From: Mytilus edulis
Lineage: Eukaryota
Length of the DNA stretch: 64,000 nucleotides
NCBI RefSeq assembly: GCF_963676685.1
Contig: NC_092356.1
Span: forward strand, 26,412,001 to 26,476,000
Direction: 5' to 3'
Part shown: one piece after another, positions 24,219 through 38,600 of the stretch
Layout: each line of letters starts with the position of its first letter
How positions within the stretch are numbered: position 1 is the stretch's first letter
Notes under the pieces: model-generated
Told to the model about the DNA's origin: nothing
The model's input: only the letters and a program-made list of their open reading frames with translations
Database searches by the model: none
Program-made: the position numbers and the translations under genes

Positions 24219-25073
24219 TATTAAAAAAAAAAAAGAGGAAAATATAACAATTATATGATGTACATATCCATCTGTAGTCCTAACATCTGACTTTCATCTA
24301 ATGTTCAAGGTTCATTGATGAACGTAAATGGTTAATGATGTGGTCCGGTAAGGGCCGATTTTGGCCTTAAATTTAAAGTTCACCTGACGAAAGATTTTAG
24401 ACACTTTTTAAACGCTTAATTGTCTATTTCAGTTGATTCAATTAGTTTATGTGAAAGATTTTAACTGATTTACTCATTAAAAACGCTCCGATTCTAGCTT
24501 AAATATGAAAAATCTATCGAATATGCCAAACAATGTCACTTTTCAGATGGTTTTTGTCAAAAATGAAAGTGGCCGCATCCGTGTTCATCCTCAACCTTTA
24601 TATATGTTATGTATTATCAACAAATACAACTTGCATTTCAATATAAAGAATGAACACAAATGCGGCCACTTCCATTTAAGACGGAAACCGTCTAAAATTT
24701 AACTAAAATGCTAAAATTGTGAAGATTTCAGTAATTTAGCATGACTTAATGATGCTAGTACCCGATATATGTACATTGTATTGTCAAAAACTGCCCGTAT
24801 TTATGTAGCAGAAGCGTTCTAGTTTCCAATAAATAACTCAAAGATTACATTTTAACAATTTTGTAAAACTGCTGTATTTTGGGGCCAAAACGTGGTCTTA
24901 CTGAACCTACTCCATTCCAGTTTACTAATCTTTGATTTTTTTTCGAAAAACTAAGAGTTTTCTTATCCCAGGCATAGATTACCTTAGCCGTATTTGGCAA
25001 AACTTTTTGGAATTTTGGATCCTCAATGCTCTTCAACTTTGTACTTGTTTGACTTTATAAATATTTTGATATG

Positions 25074-25118
25074 AGCATCACTGATGAGTCTTATGTAGAC
25101 GAAACGCGCGTCTGGCGT
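25074..25118 (+). ncRNA. Type I hammerhead ribozyme (retrozyme fragment ~24925-25152)
   Basis: AGCATCA-CTGATGA-GTC-TTATGTA-GAC-GAAA-CGCGCG-TC-TGGCGT. Confidence 0.88.
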
Positions 25119-26576
25119 ACTAAATTATAATCCTGGTACATTTGATAACTATTTCATGGTTACGTCAGTTTTAAGATTTAATGAGAAACAAACCAACTAG
25201 ATATTTAGTGTGCATAATCATGTCTGTCACAAAATGTTTCAGTTGCCAATGCACCGTATTAGTTGGTTCAATATTGATCAACGTTCTTGTTTGATAAATT
25301 CTACTTTCGTTGATACGATGAGTGCTTTGGTGTATGAAACAATTTCGTCCGACTTGGATAACTGCCCTTTTGCTAGATCCATCATTCAGTTTCTCGTTTA
25401 TGCAAAACAATAATAATCTCATCACTTCAAAAGAAATAGGTCAACTATAATTGATTTTTAGAATAATTGTACGATGAATATTTTTGACAAGGTTCATCTT
25501 ACCTTGACATCCTAACCATTGCTATTTCGTCAACGTTGAGTGTTTTTGATTATGTCAATTTTTTAGATATAATAAGTTACTTTATCCTGTGTCATAAATT
25601 ATTGATAGGTGTGCATTTAATATAAAGAATGGAAACGGGGACTATGTCAAAGAGACAATAAACCGACCAAAGATCGGAAAACAACCCGATACAGTCAAAG
25701 GGTTGTCAATACAGTGAAACATCCACACCAGAAGCAGGCTTCAGCTGGCCACGGGACAATAATGTAGTACAGAATACATATGTATAGTTCAGCGAAATGA
25801 ACGCCACACTCAAACTCTGCAACTTATAAATTAACCAAACTTTTTTTTTAAATACCACTCAATACTTATAAAGGCTAGAGATTCCTGGCTTAAGACAGTG
25901 ATCGAACGATTTCAACCTTCTCCTATACATCTAGCCAATGTTGAATGAACAAACAATCAGCAACACGCACACTAAAAGACAGTTTAAAAGAAGTCCGATG
26001 GTAGAATAAGTAATAGATGAAACAAAGCAAAATGACAATGATCAACATAAAGTAATAAAGGACTACTGTAGTTACTAGTATATCAGCTCCAGACCTCAAC
26101 TAAATTGTTAAGTGTGGTAACAGTTTCTATATGTGGAAATTTCGAATGGGTCTAGTGTTTGCCCAAATTTATGTCTATCGGGGATCATTTTCACTTCTTT
26201 TTAATCTAAAATTTACAGTATAACGGATGGATGTGAATATTTTGACGCTAAAAAAATCTAGTCGATTTTTTACAATTAATGCGTAAACATGACGACACAA
26301 ATGCATTCATTGATGTTAATGTTTATGATAAAGAAACAAAGGCAACATTATGATGCGCCTGTCGTACAAGTGAGAGGTTAAGCGCTATAAAACCAGGTTC
26401 AATCCACCATTTTCTATATTTGTACCAAGTCAGGAATAAGACAGTTTTTGTCAATTCGTTTGATGTGTTTTATCTTATGATGTTGCCATTAGATAAGGGA
26501 CTTTCGTTTTTTGAATTTTCCTCGAAGCTCAGTATTTTGTGATTTTACTTTTTTATTATTTATTTTTTATACTTAC

Positions 26577-26746
26577 CATTAGTCCGTTGTTCTGGATTGT
26601 TACTTTTACATCTCTATGCAATACAAGGTCAGTAAAATTGAATTTTCGTAGTCTTGGGTCAAACTTGACATTGTCTGTCTTAATATCTATCGGAGACTGT
26701 TGCTCTCCACCACATGCGGGGAAGTCTTTCTTCCAATGCTCTGGGT
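26577..26746 (-). pseudogene. Alpha-carbonic anhydrase-like gene, N-terminal domain exon
   Basis: ttag|AC CCA...ATG|gtaagt. Translates (N)[21 protein letters not shown]...TIQNNGLM, with the QSPIDI and NNG motifs. Confidence 0.88.
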
Positions 26747-27494
26747 CTAATTGAAAGCAAAACAAAAACGAAGATTTTGATTGTGACAAAACAAAAGCGA
26801 ATGTCAGTTCTTCGCAAATGATTCATAATCACAAGGATAAATACAGAACTGAAATCAGACTTATTTTTTCGACGTTCGCGAGTAGAAATAATAACACATA
26901 TTTACCTCGTCGTGAATATATAACACATACAAGTTTGATTAACTTGTCTCTCATCCCTTTTGCACATTTAAGCAAATAAAATATGTTTTTAAACAAATTA
27001 AACACTTAGGTCTTTTCATAATGAAATACATCAAGAAAGTTTGAAAACTGCGACAATAAATTGCTGCGTAGTTTGCTCAAAAGGGCTCATCGCGAAGTAA
27101 AGTACCCTAAACATACTAAATACATCCCTGTTTCACGGCAAAATATTGACAGTATTAGTAATTGAAGTTGAAAGCAACAGCGATAATAAAATTCAATAAA
27201 TATCACCAAAAAAGCATGCAAAATACCCTTCATCGTCGTTTTAAGGTTCATGTGAACCCCATGACTTTAATGGTTGTGTTTTCACCTCAAAATTTACTCT
27301 GAGTACAGACAAACTTGAGAATCCGGAAAAGTTTTAAGGCATAGCATGCCCTAGATAAATAAAATTCAAATGCATAATCATTGTATGATTAAGAAAATTA
27401 AAAACTTAACTGGATGCAAATTGCTGCAAAACCATAAAACAAAATTACTTAACTCAACTTTGTACTTCTTTGGCTTTATAACTTTTTTTATCTG

Positions 27495-27539
27495 AGCGTC
27501 ACTGATGAGTCTTATGTAGACGAAACGCGCGTCTGGCGT
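27495..27539 (+). ncRNA. Type I hammerhead ribozyme, perfect consensus (retrozyme fragment ~27454-27572)
   Basis: AGCGTCA-CTGATGA-GTC-TTATGTA-GAC-GAAA-CGCGCG-TC-TGGCGT; predicted cleavage after GUC at 27533. Confidence 0.92.
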
Positions 27540-29917
27540 ATTAAATTATTAGCCTGGTACCTTTGATAACTAATTAGAGAAATTTGGAAGAAGAATTCCT
27601 AAATAGGCTATGATCTAACTTTTTTACGAGCTGTCTGTCTCTCGGGGTTTGATTTGCCACGGATTTCGGTAAACTGAATGGTTTTGATAAAATTTGTAAA
27701 AGAAAATATTTGTCCATATGTGATAGTGATAGAAGTTGATATTCGACACAGAGATTTCCTTCAAGAAATCAGAGAAAACAGAGAAAATGAAGAAACATTA
27801 GTTCGGGTTAACACTTTGACCCAAGTTTAAATATACAACAAAATCTGTTTCAAGCTTTGGTAGGTTAAAAACGATACCGTACTCATAAATAACACAAAGC
27901 TTTAGATTTTACACTACAATGTATATACATGAACGTTTGTTACAAAAATCTGATATCGAAAAGTTACAAAAATGGTTTTTCGTTTCGGTGAATTTCTAGC
28001 AAATTCCGGTTCGGTTTCGAGTTACCACTTTTACCCGACACCGTTTTTTCTTTTGCTATTGGTGGTATGTCTTTCTTACATATGAGTTTTAATTCCCCTT
28101 TAGAACTCAACCACCTTTGACGTGCATCCTAATTTCTTTAGTCTAGTGAACGTATGATGGGCCTGGAATTTAGTCTTGACATATTAATCACTTAATCAGA
28201 TAGGTAGCTTTCAATGGTATTTCAAAAGATACCTATTTTTCTAAGCGCGTTGTGTCTTAGTACAGTGCCGATAATGAAATCCTTTTATTTGCATGAGAAA
28301 ACAGCAAAATAAATAAATGTGCTATGCCATTATCATAATATTATGATGTAAAATTTGATTTTCTTCCGTTGTATGACCAGGAGAAAATAAATTAAAGATT
28401 TTCAAAGGTCTTTTCACCTTAATCTTTATAAGATTTTGTTAAGTATTTGACAACTTTATTGATATCTAACATCGAATATTGAATCATGATATCTACACAA
28501 CACTTTTTGAAGAATTATCGATTAGTAAGAGGACATCTATATGACAATAGTCTGAAGTTCGTATACGTTTATGGAAACTCTGTACTATAGTTTGTACATA
28601 ATTATATATTTTACACATTCATCTTACGTCACAGACTATATAGATAAATGACAATACATCAGTTTTACTTAATTTATAAATTATTCGTATCTAATAATTT
28701 TTCTATTTTGAAATAGTGCATATGTTTTGTATAAAGCATGTATCAATATTATACATTTAGTTAGATGTAAGAAACTTTACATTCGGTGTGAGCCAAGACC
28801 TATAATGTTTTTCTTTTACAAATTGTAAATTGAATAGAGAGTTGCCTCATTGGCACTCATACTAAATCTTCTTATATCAATGTGAACCTCAATAACGACA
28901 TTTACGTTAAATGCAATCATTTCCAGGCAATCATTTCCAGGCAATCATTTCCAGGCAATCCGTCTTTCAACAATAAAAAAGGCCGCCACGATATATCGCA
29001 AAAGTGTTAAATGTGATGTGAAAAACTAATCAATCAATCTATCAGTCATTGTCGATTTTAATGGTTTAAATATAAGATTGGGAAATGAGGCAATGACTAA
29101 CATTAAAGATAAGGCTTCGGTGAAACAAAACAAAAAACAATAATTAAGATGTCATGTAAGTGCGTTCAAGGGTAAGAAAAATAAATTGAATAATGTTGTA
29201 GTTTTATTTTTGGTAATGCATAAGAATGTCCTGTTGGCCTTAATTCGTTTTGCAGAAATCATTGTATGCATTATTCATAGAAGAAACTTCATGACCGTGC
29301 AAGATACATAACATGCATTTCTTCAATAAACACATTCGATAATTATTAAGAATGGAAGGTTAAAAATCCATCAGTAAAAAATTAACTAGTATAGAGATAA
29401 AAAAAAACTCATAAAAGCAGATAAATAAAAATAAAACTCAATCAACCTTCTACTGTTGCATGAATAATTTGACCTTATCGATGTGGGTAGCTATCTAATT
29501 GTTGTAACAAAGGGTATTATCACCTGTATTGAGGGCAGAATAGATACAAATGAAAAAGAGAAGGTATGATAGGATTTATTGTTAAAAACATGAAATCGTA
29601 AACCTAGTTAAAATTATTGAAATCTTTCGAAATTATGATAATCGTATTGATGAACAAACAGGTGGCAAAAACTGGACAAGACAGGTTTGGTTGTGATATA
29701 ACTTTGACATGTAAGACGACATAATAATTATGTTTAAAGTTACATACATTGCCATTTTAAACACACTTTAATGACAAAATAAAGTAAATAAGCAAACTAT
29801 CGTTTGGGATAACGTTTGGCTATATATACAAATGTTAATTACTGTCTGAGAATGAAACTAATTCAGATGTTATTGTAGTTTGTCGAACATTCAATATGTG
29901 TGTAGCCTTAATACACA

Positions 29918-30836
29918 CTAGAACACACCCGTGATATCGCGGGTCCGTGACTGAATTAAACATGTTAAAGTATATAACTATGCGCAAGCCTTATATTAGT
30001 ATTAGTATTGTCATCTGATAAAGTCATACCGATTATAAGATACACAGTTTTCTCTGCTTTCAAATCCTTCTGTTTATACCCGTCGAACTGGAACTTATTA
30101 ATTATTGGTAATATTAATTATTTGGAAAACAAAAGGTCCTGGAATGGAGTATTTTTTAATCAACAGCATTGTCCTATATTAGTTATAAATAAAGTTGAAT
30201 TATTTGATTCGCTGTTTTACGTCATGGCTGCTAACAAATTGAAAACTGTACCTATACGCCTTATTTTTAGTCCAGATTTTTAGTATTCGTATTGTAATCT
30301 TAGAAAGTCTTACTGATTAAAATACTACAATAGGTAACAATTTGACAATTTAGTAGTGTCAACCCTGTGATTATCACCCGTGTATATAGCATATTAATCA
30401 ATTCTGAATACACCGTTTGGTGGTGCGCCTGTCAGATGCGGAACGTACAGATAAGGTAGAGAGTCTTACTGATTAAAATACTACAATAGGTAACAATTTG
30501 ACTATTTAGTATTGTCAACCCGGTGATTATGACCCGTGTATATAGCATATTAATTCTGAATACACCGTTTGGCGGTGCGCCTGTCAGATGTGGAACGTAC
30601 AGATAAGCTTATAGGTAACAGGTGAATATACTATTGGTATCGGTATCGGACTCGACCCGGAACTTCTTAATTTTTGGCAATATTAATTACGTGGAAAACA
30701 AAAGGGCCTGGAGTGGTGTAATTTTTAATCTACACCTTTGTAATATATTAGTTATATATAAAGTTGAATTCTTTGATTCGTCGTTTTTACGTGTTGACGG
30801 CTGACAAATTGGACCTCGTCATTTTAGTATTATAGA
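29918..30836 (-). mobile_element. Non-autonomous Helitron with internal duplications
   Basis: Minus strand A|TCTATAATACTAAAA ... CCCGCGATATCACGGGTGTGTTCTAG|T. Internal ~155-bp tandem duplication at ~30304-30610. Confidence 0.8.
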
Positions 30837-31053
30837 TATGGAAGTCAAAATTTATCGCTATCTATTCCGATATCTGACATGAGAAATTCTTCTATGTATT
30901 ATTTCAAGGGTTTTAATGCAGAGATGTTTATTGCTTCATTTTCTAATTATCTTTAATATCAATGAAAAACAAAGAGCTTTCATACTTCTTTAATTGAAAT
31001 TCATTTATATTTCTTTTTCAGCAGTAAAACGTTTGAAGAAATGTTTGCTCGCC

Positions 31054-31088
<35 letters not shown>

Positions 31089-31526
31089 TTTTTTTTTATA
31101 TTGTTCTTGTCTATATGAGGGTATTAGATAATTTCCAGAAATGCAAGGCGAATATCAATAGAAATTGTTTGTTTACAAAATTCGAAGTAATTTAAGTGTT
31201 CATTCGCTATGAAGATGATAATCAGTTGCATGCGTAGTTATAAAAATATGTTTTGGTAAATACTTCGATAAAAAAGGACATTCGTGTACAAATATCCCGG
31301 CACAAAAACAATTTACCTTTAAATTTTCAAAATTATTGAAATACAAAATATATGATAAATTTATGCTTGTAATGTTTACCACTGTATGTTAATACTTATC
31401 ATCTACAACAGAAGCAGTAGGCTTCATCAATGTTCTTGTTAATCTTCATGATTTGTCATCTAACCCACAATTAAAAAAATCAAAAATGTTGCAAATACCA
31501 ACAATGTTTAATGTTAAAATACTTAC

Positions 31527-31559
31527 TCTTGCCATGATTGTATCCCCAGTCATCATGAA
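31527..31559 (-). pseudogene. Alpha-carbonic anhydrase-like gene, 33-nt exon (xHDDWGYNHGK)
   Basis: Poly-T acceptor and gtaagt donor, phase 1-1. Contains the WGY motif and joins in frame to NPEHW. Confidence 0.75.
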
Positions 31560-33416
31560 CTAAAAAAAAACAAAAATAGGAGATCAACAATTAATATAGT
31601 CATTATATATCATTTATGTTAATCAGTATTACATGATAGAAATTAGGGAAAGCAGATGTCTACATCATATGCGATATTTTCCCTATAAGAAGAACATCCA
31701 TATATGCGTTAAACATGAAGTATATCAGTGACTTATTTGATAATGTTTCACATGGTACATCTAATATATGGAGCGTGATTTCAAAGGAACATCTCGACGA
31801 CACAATAATAATTCGAAGACAAAAAAATATTCGGAAAAGCCAAACGCAATAAATCAGAACATGTGTTCTGGAAAATACATGGCATCAGATTGGCACTGAT
31901 CATGGAATTTTCTACTAAATAGTAAATGTCTATTATATCATTAACTTGTTAAAGAATGTCAAAATTGAAATTGAAATGCAGTCGTGAAATGAAACAGGAT
32001 ATACTGTATTACTAATGGTGCCAAATTACAAAATAAATGTATCTTCATTTTCAGGAAACAGTGGACGTACTTTATGACGGTAAAGAGATAATATTTCCGA
32101 ACGTAACAATGTTTCACATTCAATTTGGTAGCAACCAAATACGCTATAATAGTGTTTCGTCAACTTTCTATTTTTAGGTTCGAAAAAAATTTAAATGCTT
32201 TTTTCAATAAGATTAAATTGATTAATTCAAATTTCATTTTTTTTAAATATTGGCACAAATTACCTGCACCACTTGCAAAATTTGATCCAACTAGAACAAT
32301 AATACACTTAGCAAATGTTGAAAGTTCCATTTTTGAATAGAAGCCCAATTCTTTAGATTTTTCTTTTATACTTTGTCATATTGTCATGTAAGACGGACTA
32401 GCGATACAATATTTTGCAACATTTTAATTAAGTATTGTCAATAGGGTTAGGTTCGTGTGCACTTATGATTTACACTATTGTTGTAAGTTGTAAATGTTTG
32501 AAACGTATATTAAAGTAGTTTCGCATAACTTTTTTACACTTGTCGACTGACAAAAAATAAATGCGCACAGGCATGCTTTATTTAGATTTGATGTATAAAA
32601 TAAGTACTCTTATTGTGTAAATCACTAAAAAACAGCGATGCTCAGCCTTGTGATAATAATTAATATCATATATCAATTTTTTACATATTGATGTTTGCAA
32701 ACGATATCCAGTACAGTGAACACCGATATAAAATATGGAAACATTTCTAAGGATTGCTTCCTTCTTATCTCTTTTTCTAAGTTAAAAGATCATTAAAACC
32801 TTCCTTGTGGTTTCGTGGTAGTATGCTGGAACTGCGGATTTGAGTTCGTTGGTCAAAACAAAACCTAATATGTATGCCAGACGCGCGTTTCATGTACAAA
32901 AACTCGAATAAAAAAGATTAAAAAAGGCCAATAGAAAATGACGTTGAAGAGCATTTCGATTGCTGAACAATAAGCAGCGACTAAACCGTACATTAAATGC
33001 ATATGCATTAGAGTTTACGTGCAACCGTCAACATCATCCTAATATGACTGCTTTTAAAATCATGTCATGGATTGATCGGGCATAATATCTTCCATAGGTT
33101 TTTCACTTGTCCCATTCGCTAACGAATATATGAAGTTTTAATTTTATTTATTACAATTTGGATGATTCTATTACTATTGGTAAACTGTTGGTCCCCAATA
33201 ATGTCATCAGTTCAAGGGTGGTCAGTACTGCGTCGTTGACATGATTTACAACGTGTTTTTAAAAAATACTCTTTACAAATTAAAAAAAAAATGTTGGAAC
33301 ACTTACTAGGTTTCAACCTACTCCTCCATGCAAAGTTTTCCCTGTGATGAATTTTGATTTTGATTTTTTCCTGCAACTCTTACTATTCTATGTGTTTATA
33401 CTTCACTGGCTGTTAA

Positions 33417-33693
33417 GGTGGTACCTAACACTACAGGGAGATAACTCTGTAAAATCACATAAACGTTTTAATGACGTTGTGTTTTTAAGGAAATATTAAG
33501 CTTTTCAATGATCAAAATTAGTGTTTGTCAAACTGCTATATAACCCGTCTATATATTTTTTCTGATAAAATGCTTGGTTCAAATATTTTGAAATTTTTAT
33601 ATTTTTGTCAAAGGGTCAAAGTAAATACTTTATCAAAATTTTCAGAAAATTAAACGACCAAAATTAATTTTAGCTAAAGTGTTGGGTACCACC
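33417..33693. mobile_element. Second copy of the GGTGGTACC-TIR MITE, inserted in a diverged retrozyme-like relic
   Basis: TTAA|GGTGGTACCTAACACT ... AGTGTTGGGTACCACC; the internal sequence is the reverse complement of 4496-4770. Confidence 0.85.
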
Positions 33694-34467
33694 TAAAATA
33701 TTTGGATTTTAGCGTTCCCAGTGAAGAATAATCTAGAAGAGAAGCAACCAACAATCAATCAATCAATCTAGAAGAGCACACAAATTTACATTATTCAAAG
33801 AACTAAGATTTGTGACACTCAGGTTTAGATTGCCCTATCCCCAACTTTATTTATTTTTATGTAAACAAAACTCACGTCTGATGAACAAAGTTATATGCCT
33901 GATTTCTTTGATCATCTTTTTTAATTCATTTTCATTTACTTATATCAACATGGCCAACCAAATAACTGAATTCAAAATATATTATTGTCTGCGCGTACTT
34001 CTGTATCATATGCCGACATAGGACAACTTCAACTGTATCCTACAATAAGTCTCCTACTACAGTATTGTATACCATGAGTCATCCCCACCGTATTGTTTGC
34101 GATGAGACACATGAAACAGAAGCCAAAACGTCACTAGAAGGAAACAGGGAGATAACTCCTACGAAATGCCAAGATGAACCTGAGGGGATCGCGATCGCCA
34201 ATACTATCTTCTCTTAATCAACGACAGAGGCAAGCGATGTCGGATTGACTACGCCGAGGGATATGACCTGGATGATCCCGAATTACCCCGGACACAACCA
34301 CAAACATACTAATGCAATCTCCAGAGGCAGAAACAATAGCAATATTGATCTTTGAACGGCAAAGTGAAAGCAAAACGGTCAACAAATCGGTTACTGTTCA
34401 ATAGAAGGTAGAAGTAAGTCCGCGATTTCCTTTGGATAGTCGGACTATAAAACCGAAACGAACGAAA

Positions 34468-35190
34468 AGCACCTGCTACCAAATTAATTGCCATTAGGCG
34501 CCTTCTACTGTTTTGTTTGCCATAAGTAATCTGCTACCGTATTCTTTGTCATCTGGCATCTAATACCAAATTACTGTATTGTGAATCATAACATACCTGC
34601 TACCCTATTGTCTGCCTAGGGAATTTGCTACCGTTTTCCATTAGGCACTTTCTACCGCGATGTTTGCCTTAAAATATCTGCTACCGTATTATTATCCATA
34701 AGACACGTACTACCGTATCATATTCTCTAATTGGCCTACCGCTACAGTATTTTTTGCTTTTAGGCACCAACTACCGATTTGTTGGCCATAAGCTATTTGC
34801 TATCTGTGTATTTGTCATAAGATAGCTGTTACTGTGGTGTTTGCTACAAGGTACTTTCTACCTTACTGTTTGCCATAATACACCTGCTACCGTATTGCTT
34901 CCCTGAAACACCTGTTTATATAGCATATCCTAAAAATGCACCCCTGCTGTATTGTTTGCACCTGTTATTGTATCGCATGTTTTAACATTAGCCTATTACT
35001 GAATCTCATGCCCAAATGAGACACATGCTACAACTCGTACGCGCTTATGAGACACCTGCTACCAAGCGTATATATTGGTTAGACAAATGCTTCCTTGCGA
35101 ATGTACTAATGAAACACATACTACAAAGCGTATGTTCTAATGATATATCGTTTCATATCCCTTTAAAACACGTGCTACTATATTTTATCC
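34468..35190. repeat. Degenerate ~28-bp minisatellite
   Basis: Recurrent CACCTGCTACCGTATTGTTTGCCATAA-like units. Confidence 0.8.
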
Positions 35191-35530
35191 CATAATCATC
35201 GAATAAGTACGTGCAAATGTACTTATGCACTTATTCGTTTATACCCAAAAACAATTGATTACCGTATCAAAACTGTCATTTCGTCGTTACCTTTGGGCTA
35301 CAGACTGAAATTGACATATAATTATTATAGTTGATCCAAAATGTATTTCATTTAATCTTAAATGTCTATTTTTGAACGAGAATGTAATGGATTCTTTGTT
35401 TTCAAATTCAACATCATGTTTAATTAGTGACATCAGTGAGAGCAAAACCATTACTAATTACAGTCTTTTCATTTGGACATGTATCAAGTATGCGGTTTTG
35501 ACAATTCAACACTAATCAGAAATACGTTAT

Positions 35531-35690
35531 AGATAATGCATATTTTAAGGTTTTTCTTGTCGTAGAACACACTGAGGGGTGTCAGGATTGATCAAATGAA
35601 AGACCGACCGTAGGGAGGTCTTTCTTTGAGCAATCCTGACACCCCGAGGTGTGTTCTACGACAAGAAAAACCTTAAAATATTCATTATCT
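35531..35690. repeat. 160-bp near-perfect palindrome (foldback)
   Basis: AGATAATG..TATTTTAAGGTTTTTCTTGTCGTAGAACACAC...GGGGTGTCAGGATTG is mirrored by CAATCCTGACACCCC...GTGTGTTCTACGACAAGAAAAACCTTAAAATA..CATTATCT. Confidence 0.92.
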
Positions 35691-38600
35691 GACTTATATA
35701 CCGTCAAAAAAATATTATTTTTTATAAAGATTTGCAAAACTTAGTATCCTATTTTACCGACAACACTAAAGTGGGATATTCCTTTCTAATGCGTTCAGGT
35801 TTTAATACGCCCTACGGCTCATTTAGAATAAGAAATAAAACTCACTAATGAATCTATATATAAACCTTTTAAAAATATTATCCATACACAATAAAAATAT
35901 TACTGTAACTGCATGAAGTAAGACACAAATGTATTGTTACCATCCGATAACGGTGTATGACAAATACAAGACACATTGTAAGTAATTTATTGTACCACTT
36001 AGTTTATGGAAACGGGGGAGGGGTATGTTTTTTGTTCTATTTGTAATGTCATTTCTATCGCGGAAAAGTTGTTATTTTTTTTAACAATTTTAATTAAATC
36101 GAATGTAAAATTCAGAAAGATTGTCCTTTGACCGAAAAGCAATACATTTTATTAACAGATAATCAGGATATAATTATATACCCTCCGCACCCGACCCTTT
36201 TCTGAGTTACGTTAATGTTATTCAACAGAATATAAGATTATCTTATTAGTTGATTATTTGATAGAGTAAAAGTATACATAAATTTTAAAAAAGTTAAGAA
36301 CTGACACGAAGACGAATATAAATACATGTAGGTCACAGTATGATTTCCTATTCAGCGTTTATGTCCTGAACATGCATGAAATATTTGCCACTGGACGTTA
36401 AGCAAGCAAAAATCAATCAACATATTCAGGACTCAATAAAATTTTCAAAATCTTACACACGAATATGTTAAATCTGGCTTTTTATTTATGAAGGTCTATA
36501 TTAAAATTCATCTCACATATATGACAATGTTTCTTTATTGTAGCGACAAATTAACAAAACTTCACGTTATTTGTTTCTAAAATTAAAATTCGGGCAATGA
36601 AGGTTTTTTTTTTACATCTATCATCGATTGAACTTTAGAAAATAAATTTCCAAATCGGTATATTTAATTGAAACATGGTATCGTCCGGGTTGATTCTGAA
36701 AAAGAATAACCTGTCGTTCTGAAAGAAAATAACTCCATATAGGTATATAAGGAGAAAGAAGATATGTGAAAAAAGTTTGATGCATACTATTTTGTATCCT
36801 GCTATTCGTTTAACGAGGTTTGATGAATTTGCATTTATTTCCTTGAGGTAAAGTTGCATAAACCATCATGTACTAATACTACTTGCATTTCAACACCTTT
36901 AAGACTGTACCATTGTAACCATTACACTTGATTGAAATCGTATACAATGCAGTCACATAACTTCAAAGAATACGTCAGGATAGTTTTATCTTAAACATGA
37001 ACGTCCATTATCTCATTACAGAGATGTATGTAGGTGAAATATTTCGCTTCTTGTTGTGTACGTTAAATTAGTCCGTTGTTGTTGGAGAACTATTTTACAT
37101 TTAGATGGCAAGAAATAACGTTGAACATTTGTTATAAACTATGGAGATCAATGATCGTCGTTAACCAGATAATACACTTTCTACTTCATTAAATACTGTA
37201 GGATAAATGAAAGGCGAAAAAAAGACATTAAAACAAAAGTTGTAAATAAACTGACAATGCCATGCCAACAACAAAAAAACAACCAAATAACATACAACTT
37301 GACCGCTGCAGACTGAGCAACATGAACCGCGCTTAACAACGGGTGAAATATCAGGTGCTAAAGAAGACCCTGCTGTACATGTGGCATCCGTCGTGCTGTT
37401 TTTAACGGTTAAAATGTAAACTTAGTGAGTTATTTTGAGTTTCATAGCCGTTTAATTCATTCTGCCTTTTTACATCTATTTCTTTTAAGGGGTTGAATTT
37501 TGTGTTGGTAATATATTTTGTATATGTGGTCAATTCAACATGTCCATGTTCTAGTAAACACTTAACTTTACATTAAATGATTTAATAATTTAATTTTTAT
37601 TGGAGGGAGGGGGGAGAGAGGAATCACATCAACAGAGTAACGTAAACTGTTGATGCAGAGATATGTCTCGCCTTTCTGTAATCTTGATAGTATAATGGCA
37701 ACATCGAAACCAACTTGTCAGTATTTAAGCATGTAAACTATTCAAAACATGCAAAGTCAATGAAACATGATTTAAGATGCTGGACTAAACAACATGAATG
37801 GAAAAGAAAATTGCCAATGCTTACAAAACTTCATACCAAATACCATTGACGTATCATATGTGTTTCACTAACTTAAACTAAAACTCAAGCTTGCAGAAAA
37901 TGTTAAAGTTTTGAAGTTAAAGATCTATGATAAAGCAGTGGCGCCAATTGATCTCCAAGGTAAATAAGGCTTGTAAATACTAATATAACTGCACACCAAA
38001 TACCGTTGACTCTTAACATTAGTGTTTTCTTCTAAAGCTGATCAGATCGCAAACTCTAACATGTAAATTATACAACCCAATCAAAGTAATAGACAATGAC
38101 TAATGGAACGGAACCAAGTCATCTCTATGATCATAAGATGTACCATTGCTATGATAAAACAACTACATACTAATTAACATTGATATACCACTTGTTGTTC
38201 TCATAACTTTTCAATGTATACATTGATGACACCGATGATGCCGTCGGAAACAGCATACATAAGTCTCGCTTTTTGACTCGGTTAAAGCGACAAAACTCAT
38301 CCGAAAATATTTTTAAAACATCAAAAGTGTGAATAACACAGCAACAAGCAAAGAAGATACACACTTTTATACTTGCTCGGAGATAATTTCTGTAACTCAG
38401 CGAACAATTACTACACTAGTGAATAATAATGTTACGTACATACGTACTCTTCAAAACTCATAACACAATGTTTGCCTTGCAAAATTCCCTCCCTCAAATG
38501 TACCATGAAATGGGTAATTGGAAGAAATCACCACTTAACTACGAAATATTGTTCACATTCTTAATTACCACATGCGACTTCGTATTTGAAATTATATTTA

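Noticed and set aside
34468-35190. Regularly spaced ~28-bp repeats as a possible CRISPR array
   Set aside because: The units are contiguous and degenerate with no unique spacers, there are no cas genes, and the context is eukaryotic.
35290-35352. Possible signal-peptide exon of the carbonic anhydrase gene (IIIICQFQSVAQ before gtaacg)
   Set aside because: The upstream ATG frame hits a stop and the donor phase does not match the 33-nt exon, so it cannot be supported.
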